Of a DNA stretch of 64,000 nt, positions 12,255 to 23,549 are shown piece after piece (positions within the stretch are counted from its first letter, which is position 1; the number at the start of each line of letters is the position of its first letter). Both the position numbers and the translations under genes were made by a program. Location of the stretch: the NCBI RefSeq assembly GCF_001194135.2, contig NC_068997.1:30346528-30410527 (forward strand). The letters run 5' to 3'. Under the pieces are notes generated by a model, which saw nothing but the letters and a program-made list of their open reading frames with translations, did no database searches and was not told the origin of the DNA. This DNA comes from Octopus bimaculoides. Lineage: Eukaryota.

Positions 12255-12970
12255 CTATTACTTGTTTCAGTCATTAGACTGAGAACATTTTGAGACACTA
12301 CCTTGAAGAAGTTCATTTGAGCTAATTGACCCCAGAACTTCCTCTTTTTAAGCTTGGTACTTATTCTGTTGGTCTATTTTGCAAACCACTAAGTTATGGG
12401 GACATGAACACACCAACACTGGTTCTCGAGTGGTGGTGGAGGACATACACAGGCACAAAGAAGTATACACACAAACACACACATATATGTATGTATATTC
12501 ATATATATATCACCATTTAACATCCGTTGTCCATGGGTCGGATGGTTTGACTGGGCTGGCATGCTAGAAGGCTGATGGTTTCTAAAGCAGGATGTCCTTC
12601 CTAACACCAACTACACCAAGAGTGTAATGGGTGCTTTATGTGCCACCTACATGGGTGCCACTTACATGACGACAGGGTGAATTTACATGCCACTGGAATG
12701 GGTGCCAATTTGTGTGACACCAGTATCTGCCACGACTGCAGTTTTGCTCAGCTTGATGGGTTTTCTTCTCAAGCACAACATAATGCCAAAGGTCTTGGTC
12801 ATTTTCAATGGTTTTCTTTTAGTTTCCATCTACCAGATCCTCTCACAAGGCTTTGGTCAGCTGAAGGCTATAGTAGAAGTCAATTGTCCAAAGTGCCATG
12901 CAGTGGGACTGAATCCAAGGACCATGTGCTTGAGAAGCAAACATTTTGCCACATAGCCACTCCTGCACCT
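12255..12970 (-). mobile_element. Nested SINE / RTE-tail repeat cluster
   Basis: SINE tail (TACTTGTTTCAGTCATT), RTE-type tail (CATCCGTTGTCCATG) and SINE head (GTGCCATGCAGTGGGACTGAA), all repeated elsewhere in the window. Confidence 0.75.
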
Positions 12971-13355
12971 ATTTCATCAAATATAAAAACAAAATAAATA
13001 ACTGAATGAATAATATTTAGAGAATGTTAGAATTTCTCACAGACATAGATACAGAAGATTGGTCTGTTAAGTGATGAATTAGAAATACAATGGTTATAGG
13101 TACTAAGGTCAGCTTTATTGTGACGGGGTTGTACCATTGTTTCTTAGGCACAAGCAACACATCTTCACTAGTTTTAAGAGGAAAAGAAACAAACAGATTC
13201 AAATTTTTAGCACAGAGATTGGAAGATGAACTTCTCATTATACTGGTCTACTTGAGTTACTTTTCTTAGTTCATGCTTCGTAATTCTGTAGGTTGTACTG
13301 GCCAAAATTCCTCCTGGTTCTTTTCTTTCACCATAAAATGTCTCTTTCCACCAAC

Positions 13356-13603
13356 TATTGGGTTGATGCATAATTATTGTAACTTTTTTCATTTTTGCAA
13401 CAATTATTATTCAACAAAAGCAATAACAACATGTAACAAAAACATCTTTAAATGATTATTTTGGGACATATTCCCCTTCTACTTCAATTACTGCTTCCCA
13501 TTTGCTTGGCAGACGGTCAGACCATCATTTAAAGATGTTTTAGTTAAATATTGTTATTGTTTTTGTTGAAAAAAAGCTGCAATAATTATGCACCAACCCA
13601 ATA
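13356..13603. mobile_element. Mariner/Tc1-derived MITE
   Basis: Terminal inverted repeats TATTGGGTTGATGCATAATTATTG (13356-13379) and CAATAATTATGCACCAACCCAATA (13580-13603), with TA ends. An internal minus-strand remnant, RLPSKWEAVIEVEGEY, matches the mariner transposase C-terminus. Confidence 0.85.
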
Positions 13604-13869
13604 GAATAATCTAAATTCAGACCATGGTCCCATTTGAGTTATTTCCCTTTATAATGCTGATTAGTTGTCAAGACATATTTGTCTCAGATGAACTTTAATT
13701 ATTGGTGTGACACTGTTTGAAAACAGAAGATACGTCTCACTAATTAGCAAATTATGTTAATGGTAAGTGAATGAGGTTTGCCTATTAAGTGAATATGAAT
13801 TTCCTGTATGCAACTGGAATGTTGATATGTATGTTTGCTGCACTATCGTGTATATATATATATATATAT

Positions 13870-14250
13870 ATGGGAGAATATACAAAAAATAACAACAGAC
13901 GAGGACAGGTGGTGTAAATAACAAAAGTATATATTAGTATGACGCTCGGGAATACGGAAAGTCTTTGACGTTTCGAGCTACGCTCTTCAACAGAAAGAAT
14001 ACGGAGACAAGGAGAATCCAGAGTACGAAGAGACGGTAGGTGAAGGAAAGTAAGGTAAAAAAGGATGATAAAGGAGGTTTACAAAAGTGGAAAAGTTCAA
14101 AAGTTTTTTAGACGTCGTGGTATATTGAAGCGATTTCCAATCAGAAGATGGGTCCAGTGTAAATCCGTGGGTAGGAGAGGTGCAGCCGGAGGGTATAAAG
14201 TTCAGAATCAAACAGTCCAGATCCAGAAGGAAAGAAGATATATATATATA
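13870..14250 (-). mobile_element. Penelope-like element remnant / pLTR
   Basis: Degenerate FLDL-type RT fragment followed by a hammerhead-like motif. Confidence 0.55.
13963..13997 (-). ncRNA. Minimal type I hammerhead-like motif (core variant CUGUUGA)
   Basis: Reverse complement cttt-CTGTTGA-a-gagc-gta-gctc-GAAA-cgt-c-aaag. Stem I cttt/aaag, stem II gagc/gctc, ACGT stem III, GUC triplet. Confidence 0.7.
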
Positions 14251-14909
14251 CAAATAATATACTAATGAAGGACATATTAGTCTGTAAAGAAATAGCAATT
14301 GTTGAAGCCTTTTGTTCCTTCTGTTTGTTTTTTGTTAATTTAGACATCTTTAGAAGATGTAATTTGAACAAGATATGTTTAAAACAACCAATAGTCTATT
14401 TTCTTAATAACTGCTTAATACGATAATCCATTTACTAGAACAGCATGTCTTGTACAGTTCCAATACAAGAGACTGCAACAGGATATTGTTGAATGGAGAT
14501 AGAATATGTTTATAAAGAGACTTAACTAAATAAGGAAATATTTTCATTATAAGCTTTAATCATAGCACAGGACTGTTATTCATTAATTAATCTCAAAGAG
14601 ATGAAAGCCAAAAATTAACTGTGGCATGATTAGAATGAGGAGTATATAGAGAAAAGTTTGTGTAGTTTTAGTTTAGTTCTAGTTTAGCTCTGATAAATCA
14701 GTACTTCATCACCTATGATTTATGATCTACAATCAGAAGAATCCAGCCATGACTATCCTGATGTTTTATCTAACTGAATATTTCGAGAACTACATTATCT
14801 AATGTGTCTTTAATTTCTTAAGAAAGATCTGATTTATTTTTTGAAAATTGAGAGACTACAGAGAGATGCTCTTGCTGGCCAATATATTATTCTTTTATTT
14901 GTTTACATA

Positions 14910-15720
14910 TTTCAGTGATTTGACTGCAGCCATGCTGGAGCACCACCTTTAGTTGAACAAACTGACCCCATCATCATCATCATCATCATCATCGTTGTCA
15001 TCAGTTAACGTCCATTGCCCATGCCAGCATGGGTTGGACTGTTTGAGCAGGACTGGCAAGCTGATTTGGCATGGTTTCTACAGCTGGATACTCTCCCTAA
15101 TGCCAACCACTCCGAGAGAGTAATGGGAAGCTTTATGTGCCACTGGCATGGGTGCCACTGGCATGGGTGCCACTGGCATGGGTGCCATTTGCATGACAAT
15201 GGTATATACCATGACTGTGATTTTGCTTGGCTTGATTGGACTTCTGAAGCACAACATAATGCCAAAAGTCTCAGTCATTGTCTCTTTGAGGCCCAAAACT
15301 CGAAAGTAACACAGCCACTTTGCCTCCATGAGGCTCAACACTTGAAAGGTGCTCTTTACGCGCCACCAGCATAGGTGCCAGTTACATGACTCTAACATCA
15401 GTCATGACTATGAACTCACTTGGCTTGATGGGTCTTGTCAAGCGCAGCGCAATCACCAAAGGTCTCAGCTACTGGTCATTGCCTCTGTGAGGCTAAGAGT
15501 TTGAAGATCATGCTTTACCACCTCGTCCTATGTCTTCCTGGGTCTACCTCTACCTCTACCACAGGTTCCCTCCGCAATTAGAGATCAGCACCTCTAGTCC
15601 TTAATGACTAGTCTACGTTGGTGTGGAGAGGGGTACATTCTTCACCAGGGAGGGTCTTTGTATTCAAGAGCAACCATGCATTGCACTGTCAGGTGAGAAT
15701 GAGTCAATAGTACAGTCATC
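14910..15720 (-). mobile_element. SINE fragment plus RTE-type 3' end with (CAT)n tail and internal 15-bp tandem repeat
   Basis: (CAT)n at ~14970-14992, the tail GTTAACGTCCATTGCCCATGC, and (TGCCACTGGCATGGG)x3-4 at ~15138-15190. Confidence 0.75.
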
Positions 15721-16075
15721 TGATGATAGGTGATCAGGTCCTAAAGTTGGTGTTGCAGATCAATGAGTCATTTGCATCACAGAACAGTGGCCTTGTTCGC
15801 TCTTCATTTTGGAAATCAGTTCCATGGCTCCCATATACAGGATGGAAGATAATAGGGTGCCGTTTGACATGCCCATTGAAATCGCCAGCCACGAAGACAA
15901 GATCATTGTCCCTTGTCTTTAAGGTAGCCTGCAGAAGAATATCATAAAAGTGGTCCTTCTGTTCATTTGGTAGGCCTGCTTGTGGGGCATAGGCAGAGAT
16001 AATTGTAGCTATGGTATTTTGTAAGACTAGCCTGAGCTTAAACATTCTATCACACACTATGACTACCTCTATGAC
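15720..16075 (-). mobile_element. RTE-clade LINE endonuclease fragment
   Basis: IISAYAPQAGL...KDHFYD...VAGDFNGHV APE motifs. Confidence 0.85.
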
Positions 16076-16620
16076 CTTATCCACCCATTTCTTTGCAAGA
16101 AATATACCCACATCACCTACTCCATCATTGTTACCTTCCCGAGCCCATAACCTACGAGACCTCTTGGTCCACAGCTTCTTCCCCAACCCAACTTCCCAAC
16201 CTGGCTTGTTCCCTTGCTCCCGCCCACGCTGCCACACTTGCCTTTACCTCTCCTACACCACCCTCCTCACCAGCACCCATCACCGACCCTATCGCATCAC
16301 CGACTCCTTCACCTGCACTTCTACCAGTATCATCTATTGTATCTCCTGCTCTCTCTCTGCCATTCTCTGTACATCGGACAAACGGGGCACCGATTCGCGG
16401 AACACCTCCAAGACATCAACTTATGTAATGACACCCTGGTGTCACGCCATTTCCGCTCTGCCAGTCACTCCTTGCAGCAACATCTGTCCGTGTTTGGATT
16501 GTCCATGCACAGGGGCCATCTGGACTCCCGTTTGCGCCGTGAACAGGGATTAATCTTCTCTCTTCACTCCTTTGTACCACATGGGCTCAACTCCCCTACC
16601 CTCTTCATCTACCCCCTCTC
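16075..16620 (+). mobile_element. Penelope-like element GIY-YIG endonuclease fragment
   Basis: CSRPRCHTC, FTCTSTSIIYCISC, LYIGQTG.RF.EHL and REQ.LIF.L...PHGLN motifs, with a frameshift. Confidence 0.88.
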
Positions 16621-17041
16621 CTGCCTCTCTCTCTCCCCCTTCGCCCTCCCTCCTNNNNNNNNNNNNNNNNNNNNNNNNNNNCTCCTCCTGCTCCGACTCC
16701 TACTTCTCTGTACTTCTCTTCACTCCTACTTCTCTTCACTCCTACTTCTCTTCACCCCTACTCTTTCTTTCTTCTCTCTTTCTTCTCTCTTTCTCTCTCT
16801 CTCTCTCACTCTCTTACTCTCTTTCTTCTCGCTTTCTCCCTCCTCCCATACCCACCTTCCCCCTCTCTTATATCCACCTTCCCCTTCATCGTCACCCCCT
16901 CCCCTTCATCGTCAACCCTCCCTCATAAGCTCATCCCACCCCNNNNNNNNNNNNNNNNNNNNNNNNNNNNNNNNNNNNNNNNNNNNNNNNNNNNNNNNNN
17001 NNNNNNNNNNNNNNNNNNNNNNNNNNNNNNNNNNNNNNNNN

Positions 17042-17042
17042 N

Positions 17043-17073
<31 letters not shown>

Positions 17074-17223
17074 GATGGGCTGCTTTCAGTTTTTGTCTAC
17101 CAAATCCACTCTCAAGTCTTTGGTCGGCTCGAGTCTATAGTAGAAGACAATTGACCAATGTGGCATGCAACAGGACCTGGAACCATATGGTTGGAAAGCA
17201 AGCACTCACCCATGCCTATGCCC
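17042..17223 (-). mobile_element. tRNA-derived SINE 5' part
   Basis: Reverse complement of the same SINE head and body as 21961-22110. Confidence 0.75.
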
Positions 17224-17228
17224 ACAGA

Positions 17229-17257
17229 ATGGCTGTGTGGTAAGTAGCTTGCTTACC
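17229..17257 (+). mobile_element. 5' fragment (A-box side) of a SINE split by Tx1 insertion; includes TSD copy 1 (17242-17257)
   Basis: ATGGCTGTGTGGT+AAGTAGCTTGCTTACC matches the head of the intact SINE at 32434-32380 (minus strand). Confidence 0.85.
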
Positions 17258-18896
17258 TGGCTTCTGGTTACCCAGAGTGCATTTGGTTTGTCATTTGTGT
17301 TGGATGTTGGATGTTGGTTTTTGTTGCTGCTTTCAGGATAGAGACAATGTACTCAGACTTTAGCGGGTCTGAGTTGTCTTCAGCAGAGGAGGAGCTAGTA
17401 AAGGCAGTGGAAAAAGTGGACAAAATATTGGAGAAAACGGAGTTTTGCTGAGGCTGCAGAGGTGAAGAGAAGGCTAGTCGGCCTAGCTAGATTGAAGGAG
17501 TATGGCAAGATGAGAGAAGGTGGGTGGCGACGTGAAGTTATCACCACCTAAAAGAATTATGGAGAACATGGGGGGGGGGGAAACATTACTTACAAGGTAC
17601 ACTCGTTGGAAAACAAGAAATTTGAACAGGTAGAAGGAGAAAAAATAGAAAAGGCACTGAGAAAACAATCGAGCCAAATTACGTATAATACAAGAGGAAG
17701 TAAATACGGGATGGTAGTTATCCAGTTTAGGACAGTGGAAGAGGCAAAGAGGGTGGTGAGTATGGCGATGAGGACAGAAGAAGTACTGCTGCTGCCCACA
17801 TATCTTGGAAGAAAGACTTCCANNNNNNNNNNNNNNNNNNNNNNNNNNNNNNNNNNNNNNNNNNNNNNNNNNNNNNNNNNNNNNNNNNNNNNNNNNNNNN
17901 NNNNNNNNNNNNNNNNNNNNNNNNNNNNNNNNNNNNNNNNNNNNNNNNNNNNNNNNNNNNNNNNNNNNNNNNNNNNNNNNNNNNNNNNNNNNNNNNNNNN
18001 NNNNNNNNNNNNNNNNNNNNNNNNNNNNNNNNNNNNNNNNNNNNNNNNNNNNNNNNNNNNNNNNNNNNNNNNNNNNNNNNNNNNNNNNNNNNNNNNNNNN
18101 NNNNNNNNNNNNNNNNNNNNNNNNNNNNNNNNNNNNNNNNNNNNNNNNNNNNNNNNNNNNNNNNNNNNNNNNNNNNNNNNNNNNNNNNNNNNNNNNNNNN
18201 NNNNNNNNNNNNNNNNNNNNNNNNNNNNNNNNNNNNNNNNNNNNNNNNNNNNNNNNNNNNNNGGGCCACATTAAAGCAAACTGCCCCCTGCAGAGGCAAA
18301 TAACAGAAGAAGCGGTTGTGGAGACGGAGGTGAAAAGAGAAGAACAGACGGACGGAAGGAGCAAGGAGGAAGAGTGGATAGTGACAGAGAGTAAAAGAAA
18401 GAAGAGGAAGAAAAGGAAGAACAGCAAGTATGATGTGGTACCCCAGTCCAACTCCATCCCACCCAAGACCACTCAGACCCACCCTCCCCATACAGACACC
18501 AAACCCACCCACTCCATTTCCCCACAAGAAAAAAGAAAAAGAAAGAACAGACGCCACAAAATTTAGAAGACCCCCTCCCAGTGAAAAAGGTTACGAATGC
18601 ATGGAGAGAACGATGTCATTAAGTGATGGAGAAAGGTTAGAACTGAAAGGAAAAAAGGACTTTGGACTCAGAGGCAGTGAGTGGTGTTACTCAGTGTGGG
18701 GTGAGTAGCACACTCTTCATTATATCATTTTCAGATGTCATTCATGTTATATTTTAATTTGTTCTTCATGTTCATTTTCATGTATCATTCATTATATCAT
18801 ATTTCATTATTTTTATAGTTTTACTTGTTATATGTCCCCACATGTGTTGTAGTGTCCCCCTCTGTGTAATGCCTTTATGGCAATTTACAAGAAATA
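17258..18896 (+). mobile_element. ORF1-only Tx1-derived element (unit 1 of tandem in SINE)
   Basis: Bounded by TSD copies. ORF1-like frame (MVVIQFRTVEEA...LLPTYLGRK; GHIKANC knuckle), Lys-rich tail, and 3'UTR ending CCCTCTGTGTAATGCC...AATAA. No ORF2 in the sequenced part; about 440 N inside. Confidence 0.75.
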
Positions 18897-18912
18897 AAGT
18901 AGCTTGCTTACC

Positions 18913-21900
18913 TCTGTTTTGGAGAGAGCTTCAGGTTACTGTTGCTGCCATTTTGCTCTTACTTTCGAGCAAGTAAGACGTACCTTGCTATTGTGAATTA
19001 ACCGTTTGTGTTCGTTGGAGTACTGTTTTTGTGGATTTACGTGTTTTTTAAAATTATTTTTATGCTTCCCTATCAGGAAGGTAAGGTGTAAAAACCTTTT
19101 AAACTTCAATTGGGCATTGAAACTTTTTTCAAGCCATTGTAAGCTTTTCTTGTGTCACACACCCCCAAGGGGGGAGCAAGATTTGTTGTTATTGCGAATT
19201 AACTATTTGTGTTCNNNNNNNNNNNNNNNNNNNNNNNNNNNNNNNNNNNNCTTGTTATATGTCCCCACATGTGTTGTAGTGTCCCCCTCTGTGTAATGCC
19301 TTTATGGCAATTTACAAGAAATAAAGTAGCTTGCTTACCTCTGTTTTGGAGAGAGCTTCAGGTTACTGTTGCTGCCATTTTGCTCTTACTTTCGAGCAAG
19401 TAAGACGTACCTTGCTATTGTGAATTAACCGTTTGTGTTCGTTGGAGTACTGTTTTTGTGGATTTACGTGTTTTTTAAAATTATTTTTATGCTTCCCTAT
19501 CAGGAAGGTAAGGTGTAAAACTTCTTTGTGCAATTGAAACTCTTTTCAAGCCGTCATAGGCAATTTTTCTTGTGCCACGCCCCGTAAAGGGGGGTGGTGA
19601 GGCAAGATCTGAACTAATTTGGTGAACATTTTACAAACCTGTTTTTTGCGCATCTATAATTTTGACCGAGCATGTCGGTCGAAATTTTAAAAGAAATAAT
19701 TTCCAAAGAACGCACTCTCAATGAAAGTAGTGTTAATAGCAAAAAATTTTCTGACGTTGCCGCCATGGAAACGAAGACCATTGTGTTGAACAATGAAGAT
19801 TTGGAAGAATATTTTTCCAGGATGAAGGAGGAAAACGGGGATATCAAGATAACGCCCATGTTCGATGTTGAAGAAATAGAGAAGAAAACTGTGGTCTTCA
19901 GATCCTTCTGTATGGAAGGAAGATGTTTTAAATATCTCAATGAAAATGTTATTGAGAAATGCCTCGCCCCTGTGTGGAATTATATTACTCATATCGCAAA
20001 GGGTGAGGCTTTTTCAACCACTGGAGTCTGTTTCAAGATGGAGAAGTTGGCGCACGAGTACTCGGTTAGCCCCTTGAAGACGAAGGAGGTAGCACTTCTG
20101 CCCTCTTACAGGGGAAGTCGTACTTCTCGTGTGAGGGTGATGGAGGTGCCGCTGGAATTAGAGAAAATACAATTCCTTCATATTCCATGCTCTGTCTCCC
20201 AATACTGGACAGGGCAGAGCATTTCAGCCATCATCCAAGGGGCACCGGCAGACATGGAAAACCTTCTGGACTGGATACGCGTGGGTGAAAAAGTTACCCT
20301 CCGAATTGAAGTGGAGGGTAAAAAGGTTACTTGCTTCGAATGTGAAAAAAAAGGCCACATTCGAAGCGATTGTGAAGAAAAAAAGAAGAGGAGGAAAAGA
20401 AGAATAAAGAGAAAAAACTGTTACAGACACCAGTCCCCACAACTATTCAAAGCATCCCCAAACCCACACATAGACCAGTCCCCACAAAAACAAATGCTCC
20501 CACTCCTTCTGTTGTGATGCTACCCCCAAAGAAAGCAATGAAAAGACCCAACCCCAGCATACATAAGCCCCCACATTAATAAAACCCCCCGCCCACCTGA
20601 TTTCTGAGGCACCTTGTGTTTCAAACATAACGTCCCCAGACGACACCATGGAGGTATCCGAAGGGGAATTCATGACAATTTGCAAGCGTTTACATGCACC
20701 TTCTCCACCCACATCCCCCACACACCACAGATAACGAAAAAAAGACCCTGCTCCACCACACTGGAAAAAAAAACACAAAAGAACAATGAAGAAATAATTT
20801 TAACTGGATATGACTCTAAAGACGATTATTTGGAAGACAAATTCCAGAACACCATACAGTGAAACTTTTGCATCCAAATAACGACACACATATGAGACGT
20901 GCCTGGATGGGGGAAAAACCTATACAGGTAGAGAAAAATTGGAGTGAGGTAACCAGTAAGGTGACTGCTCTAACCCAGACTTGGTCTGGGCAAGCACCTC
21001 TAGCTTTACCTGGATGTGGTCACTGCATGTCCAATTCTACCTTCCAAGGTTAGCGTCCTTAACAGACATAGGTACATGGATCAAGCAGAGACCTAGGCTG
21101 GGGGATTGACAATTGAAATGCTGACAGGTACTTCTGCTACTCTCTCAGGCAGGCAATGCTGGCAACAGAAGTTCCACCGCTGATTTTATAGTGGGTTAGT
21201 GGGATTCACGTCTGAAGACGCCTTGGGGGAGACCCTGGGCTACGATGAAAATCAGTTAATCAACCTGTTCAGGAGAACGTTTGGGCCGGGGTATCTGGAT
21301 AATTACCAGAAATCCCTGGCTTGACAGGGCTTCCATGTGGCGTTACCTGTTCATGATAAGCTGTCAAGGCACGGAAGTGCTATCTCGCCGTCATGTTTGA
21401 GGTGTGGGCAGGACAGAGAAACCATCTTGCATGCATTCGTGGGATGTCCAGAATTGTCGGGATTGATAGTTTTCACAGAACAACTGCTGTCATCGATGGA
21501 AAGAGTACAGCTATTAGCTGAGTCAAACATCAAGATTGTGCCGCATTCTTCCCTTAGCAGGGAAAGGAAGGCCTGTTTTTACTGCATAGTAGCTATTTTA
21601 ATAGAAATGGTATGGAAGACACGTGTGAAAGACACTTCAGCAGCAAGATCAGGCTGGAGAAGCAGTACCTGTCATATGAGAAATTCGAGAAGAGATGGAA
21701 GCCTGTGGTAAGAAAACTGGGAGTGATTCGCACCAAGTAAGTGGAGCCCTGGAAGAAAAGCATAGGCCCTACCCTGATGCCGGACGCCTTTCCTTCGGTG
21801 TCAGATTGCATTACGCAATGTATTTTATTTTATTTTATTTTAAATTTTTCATATTTTTAATCGATTTATAATAACGCTTTAAGCTACTTCACCATTCTAT

Positions 21901-21960
21901 GTTTGTCTGTCCTTGTTTGTCCTCTCTGTATTATGCCTACATGGTTAATTTATTGAAATA
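18913..21960 (+). mobile_element. Internally deleted Tx1-like element (unit 2 of tandem in SINE)
   Basis: 5'UTR, ORF1 at 19672-20517, ORF2 C-terminal remnants only (QVEKNWSEVTSKV; CLRCGQDRETILHAFVGC), and 3'UTR ending AATA followed by the TSD. Confidence 0.85.
19672..20517 (+). CDS. Tx1-like ORF1 protein (RRM-like region plus CCHC zinc knuckle)
   Basis: 281-aa open frame with CFECEKKGHIRSDC (CX2CX4HX4C); homologous to four other ORF1 copies in the window. It may be a pseudogene. Confidence 0.7.
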   Translation: MSVEILKEIISKERTLNESSVNSKKFSDVAAMETKTIVLNNEDLEEYFSRMKEENGDIKITPMFDVEEIEKKTVVFRSFCMEGRCFKYLNENVIEKCLAPVWNYITHIAKGEAFSTTGVCFKMEKLAHEYSVSPLKTKEVALLPSYRGSRTSRVRVMEVPLELEKIQFLHIPCSVSQYWTGQSISAIIQGAPADMENLLDWIRVGEKVTLRIEVEGKKVTCFECEKKGHIRSDCEEKKKRRKRRIKRKNCYRHQSPQLFKASPNPHIDQSPQKQMLPLLLL

Positions 21961-22101
21961 AAGTAGCTTGCTTACCAACCACATGGTTCCGGGTTCATTC
22001 CCACTGCGTGGCACTATGGGCAAATGTTTTCTACTATAGCCTCAGGCCAACCAAAGCCTTGTGAGTGGATTTGGTAGACGGAAACTGAAAGAAGCCTGTT
22101 G

Positions 22102-22165
<64 letters not shown>

Positions 22166-22338
22166 TTCCCCCAACATTGCTTGACAACCAATAGTGGTGT
22201 TTATGTCCCCTGTAACTTAGCGGTTTGGCAAAAAAGACCGATAGAATAAGTCCTGGGGTCGATTTGCTCGACTAAAAGCGGTGCTCCAGCATGGTCACAG
22301 TCAAATGATTGAAACAAGTAAACGAGTAAAAGAGAGTA
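21961..22338 (+). mobile_element. 3' remainder of the split tRNA-derived SINE (starts with TSD 21961-21976)
   Basis: AAGTAGCTTGCTTACC+AACCACATGGTTCCGGGTTCATTCCC (B-box), internal (GT)n, and the tail GAAACAAGTAAACGAGTAAAAGAG. Confidence 0.9.
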
Positions 22339-22601
22339 TTCTTAGTGGTCAAGTAAAGTAGTAAAACCTCTTTGATGAAGTGTAAGCAAATGTTGAAGCT
22401 GGTTAGGTCAAATAACTTTTCTGGTAACAAAGGTAAAAGCATGAAGCTTAAACATATGAACTCTGTTTCACATTATAGCTTAAAGTATGTGTCAACTAAG
22501 AACACATACTTGTAAGTTTACCTTATACCTCTTTATATATTATGTAAATATACTTACGACCATTTATGATGGGACCAGATTTTAAAAGGATTAATACTTA
22601 C

Positions 22602-22619
22602 CAAGTCTTTAACTAAAAT
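22602..22619 (-). CDS. Candidate 18-nt microexon of TRPM gene 2 (S4-S5 linker, ILVKDL)
   Basis: Minus strand cttcttttgatttttgcAG|ATTTTAGTTAAAGACTTG|GTAAGTAT; phase 0/0. The peptide resembles the TRPM M.KD[LV] linker. Confidence 0.4.
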
Positions 22620-23549
22620 CTGCAAAAATCAAAAGAAGTAATTACTGTTAGTTAATACATTAAATCCATGCAATCATTTTCAGAGAGTAAGAAGCAGAAG
22701 GTGCCAAAATGTAGGCTAATCCTTTAATCGAGGGAGTATCCTGTCTGATATGTACTTGGATAATATGGAGAGGTAGGCCTAAAACAAGTATTGGTGCTGA
22801 AGTTTCATCCAGCAATGGATCAAAAATTGCTGAGTAAGATATAAAACTAAATTATGAAAGCCTTTTGATAAGGCTACCTGATTGCAAAACATTCTGAGAA
22901 GTGTTACATATGGTTGTTTTACAAACGGACTTCTCAAACAACTTTCTGAAAATATATAATTAGGTTAACATGTATTGCATTATGACTATCAGACCACTTT
23001 AAAATCTATAAATTTTTGTTCATGTTAAAATTAATTTTATTTACATAAAGATTGAATCACAATTTGTACAAGATATACATAGATTAGCAGGCGCACATTA
23101 CTCCTAATAAACTTCCTCTACCATCATTCATTCCTACCATTTATCCACGTCTACCACTATCCATTACTTTCTCACACTTTCTAGCAAACTCTATTTCTGC
23201 CATCACACATTGCTCTCTCTTTCTCTCTCACTCATCTTGGTTCTTCTTCTACCATTGCTGTCACTTCCATTCATCTTTTCAGCCATGTAGTGTTCAGTAA
23301 ATGAATATTTTCTAGAGTGGTTGATGAATGGACAGAGATATGGAGTTGAGAGGACTCTCTACCCTTCTTGAGGTCATAACTATCTCTGGAGTTGTGGTGC
23401 AAGGATAAAATGCTTCCTGTACTCACTGAAAAGTAGTTGCTGTTAGGAAGGGCATTTAACTGTGGAAACCAAACCCAAAATGGGACATATAAGTGATATG
23501 TGGTCCTTCACCTCTCTCAATAAGTAGTATCTTGAAATACTGCCACCAC

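Noticed and set aside
15138-15190. 15-bp tandem repeat (CHWHG peptide repeat) as a CRISPR-like array or metal-binding protein
   Set aside because: There are no unique spacers; it is an internal minisatellite of the RTE-tail repeat, with degenerate versions at ~12640-12710 and ~29500-29720.
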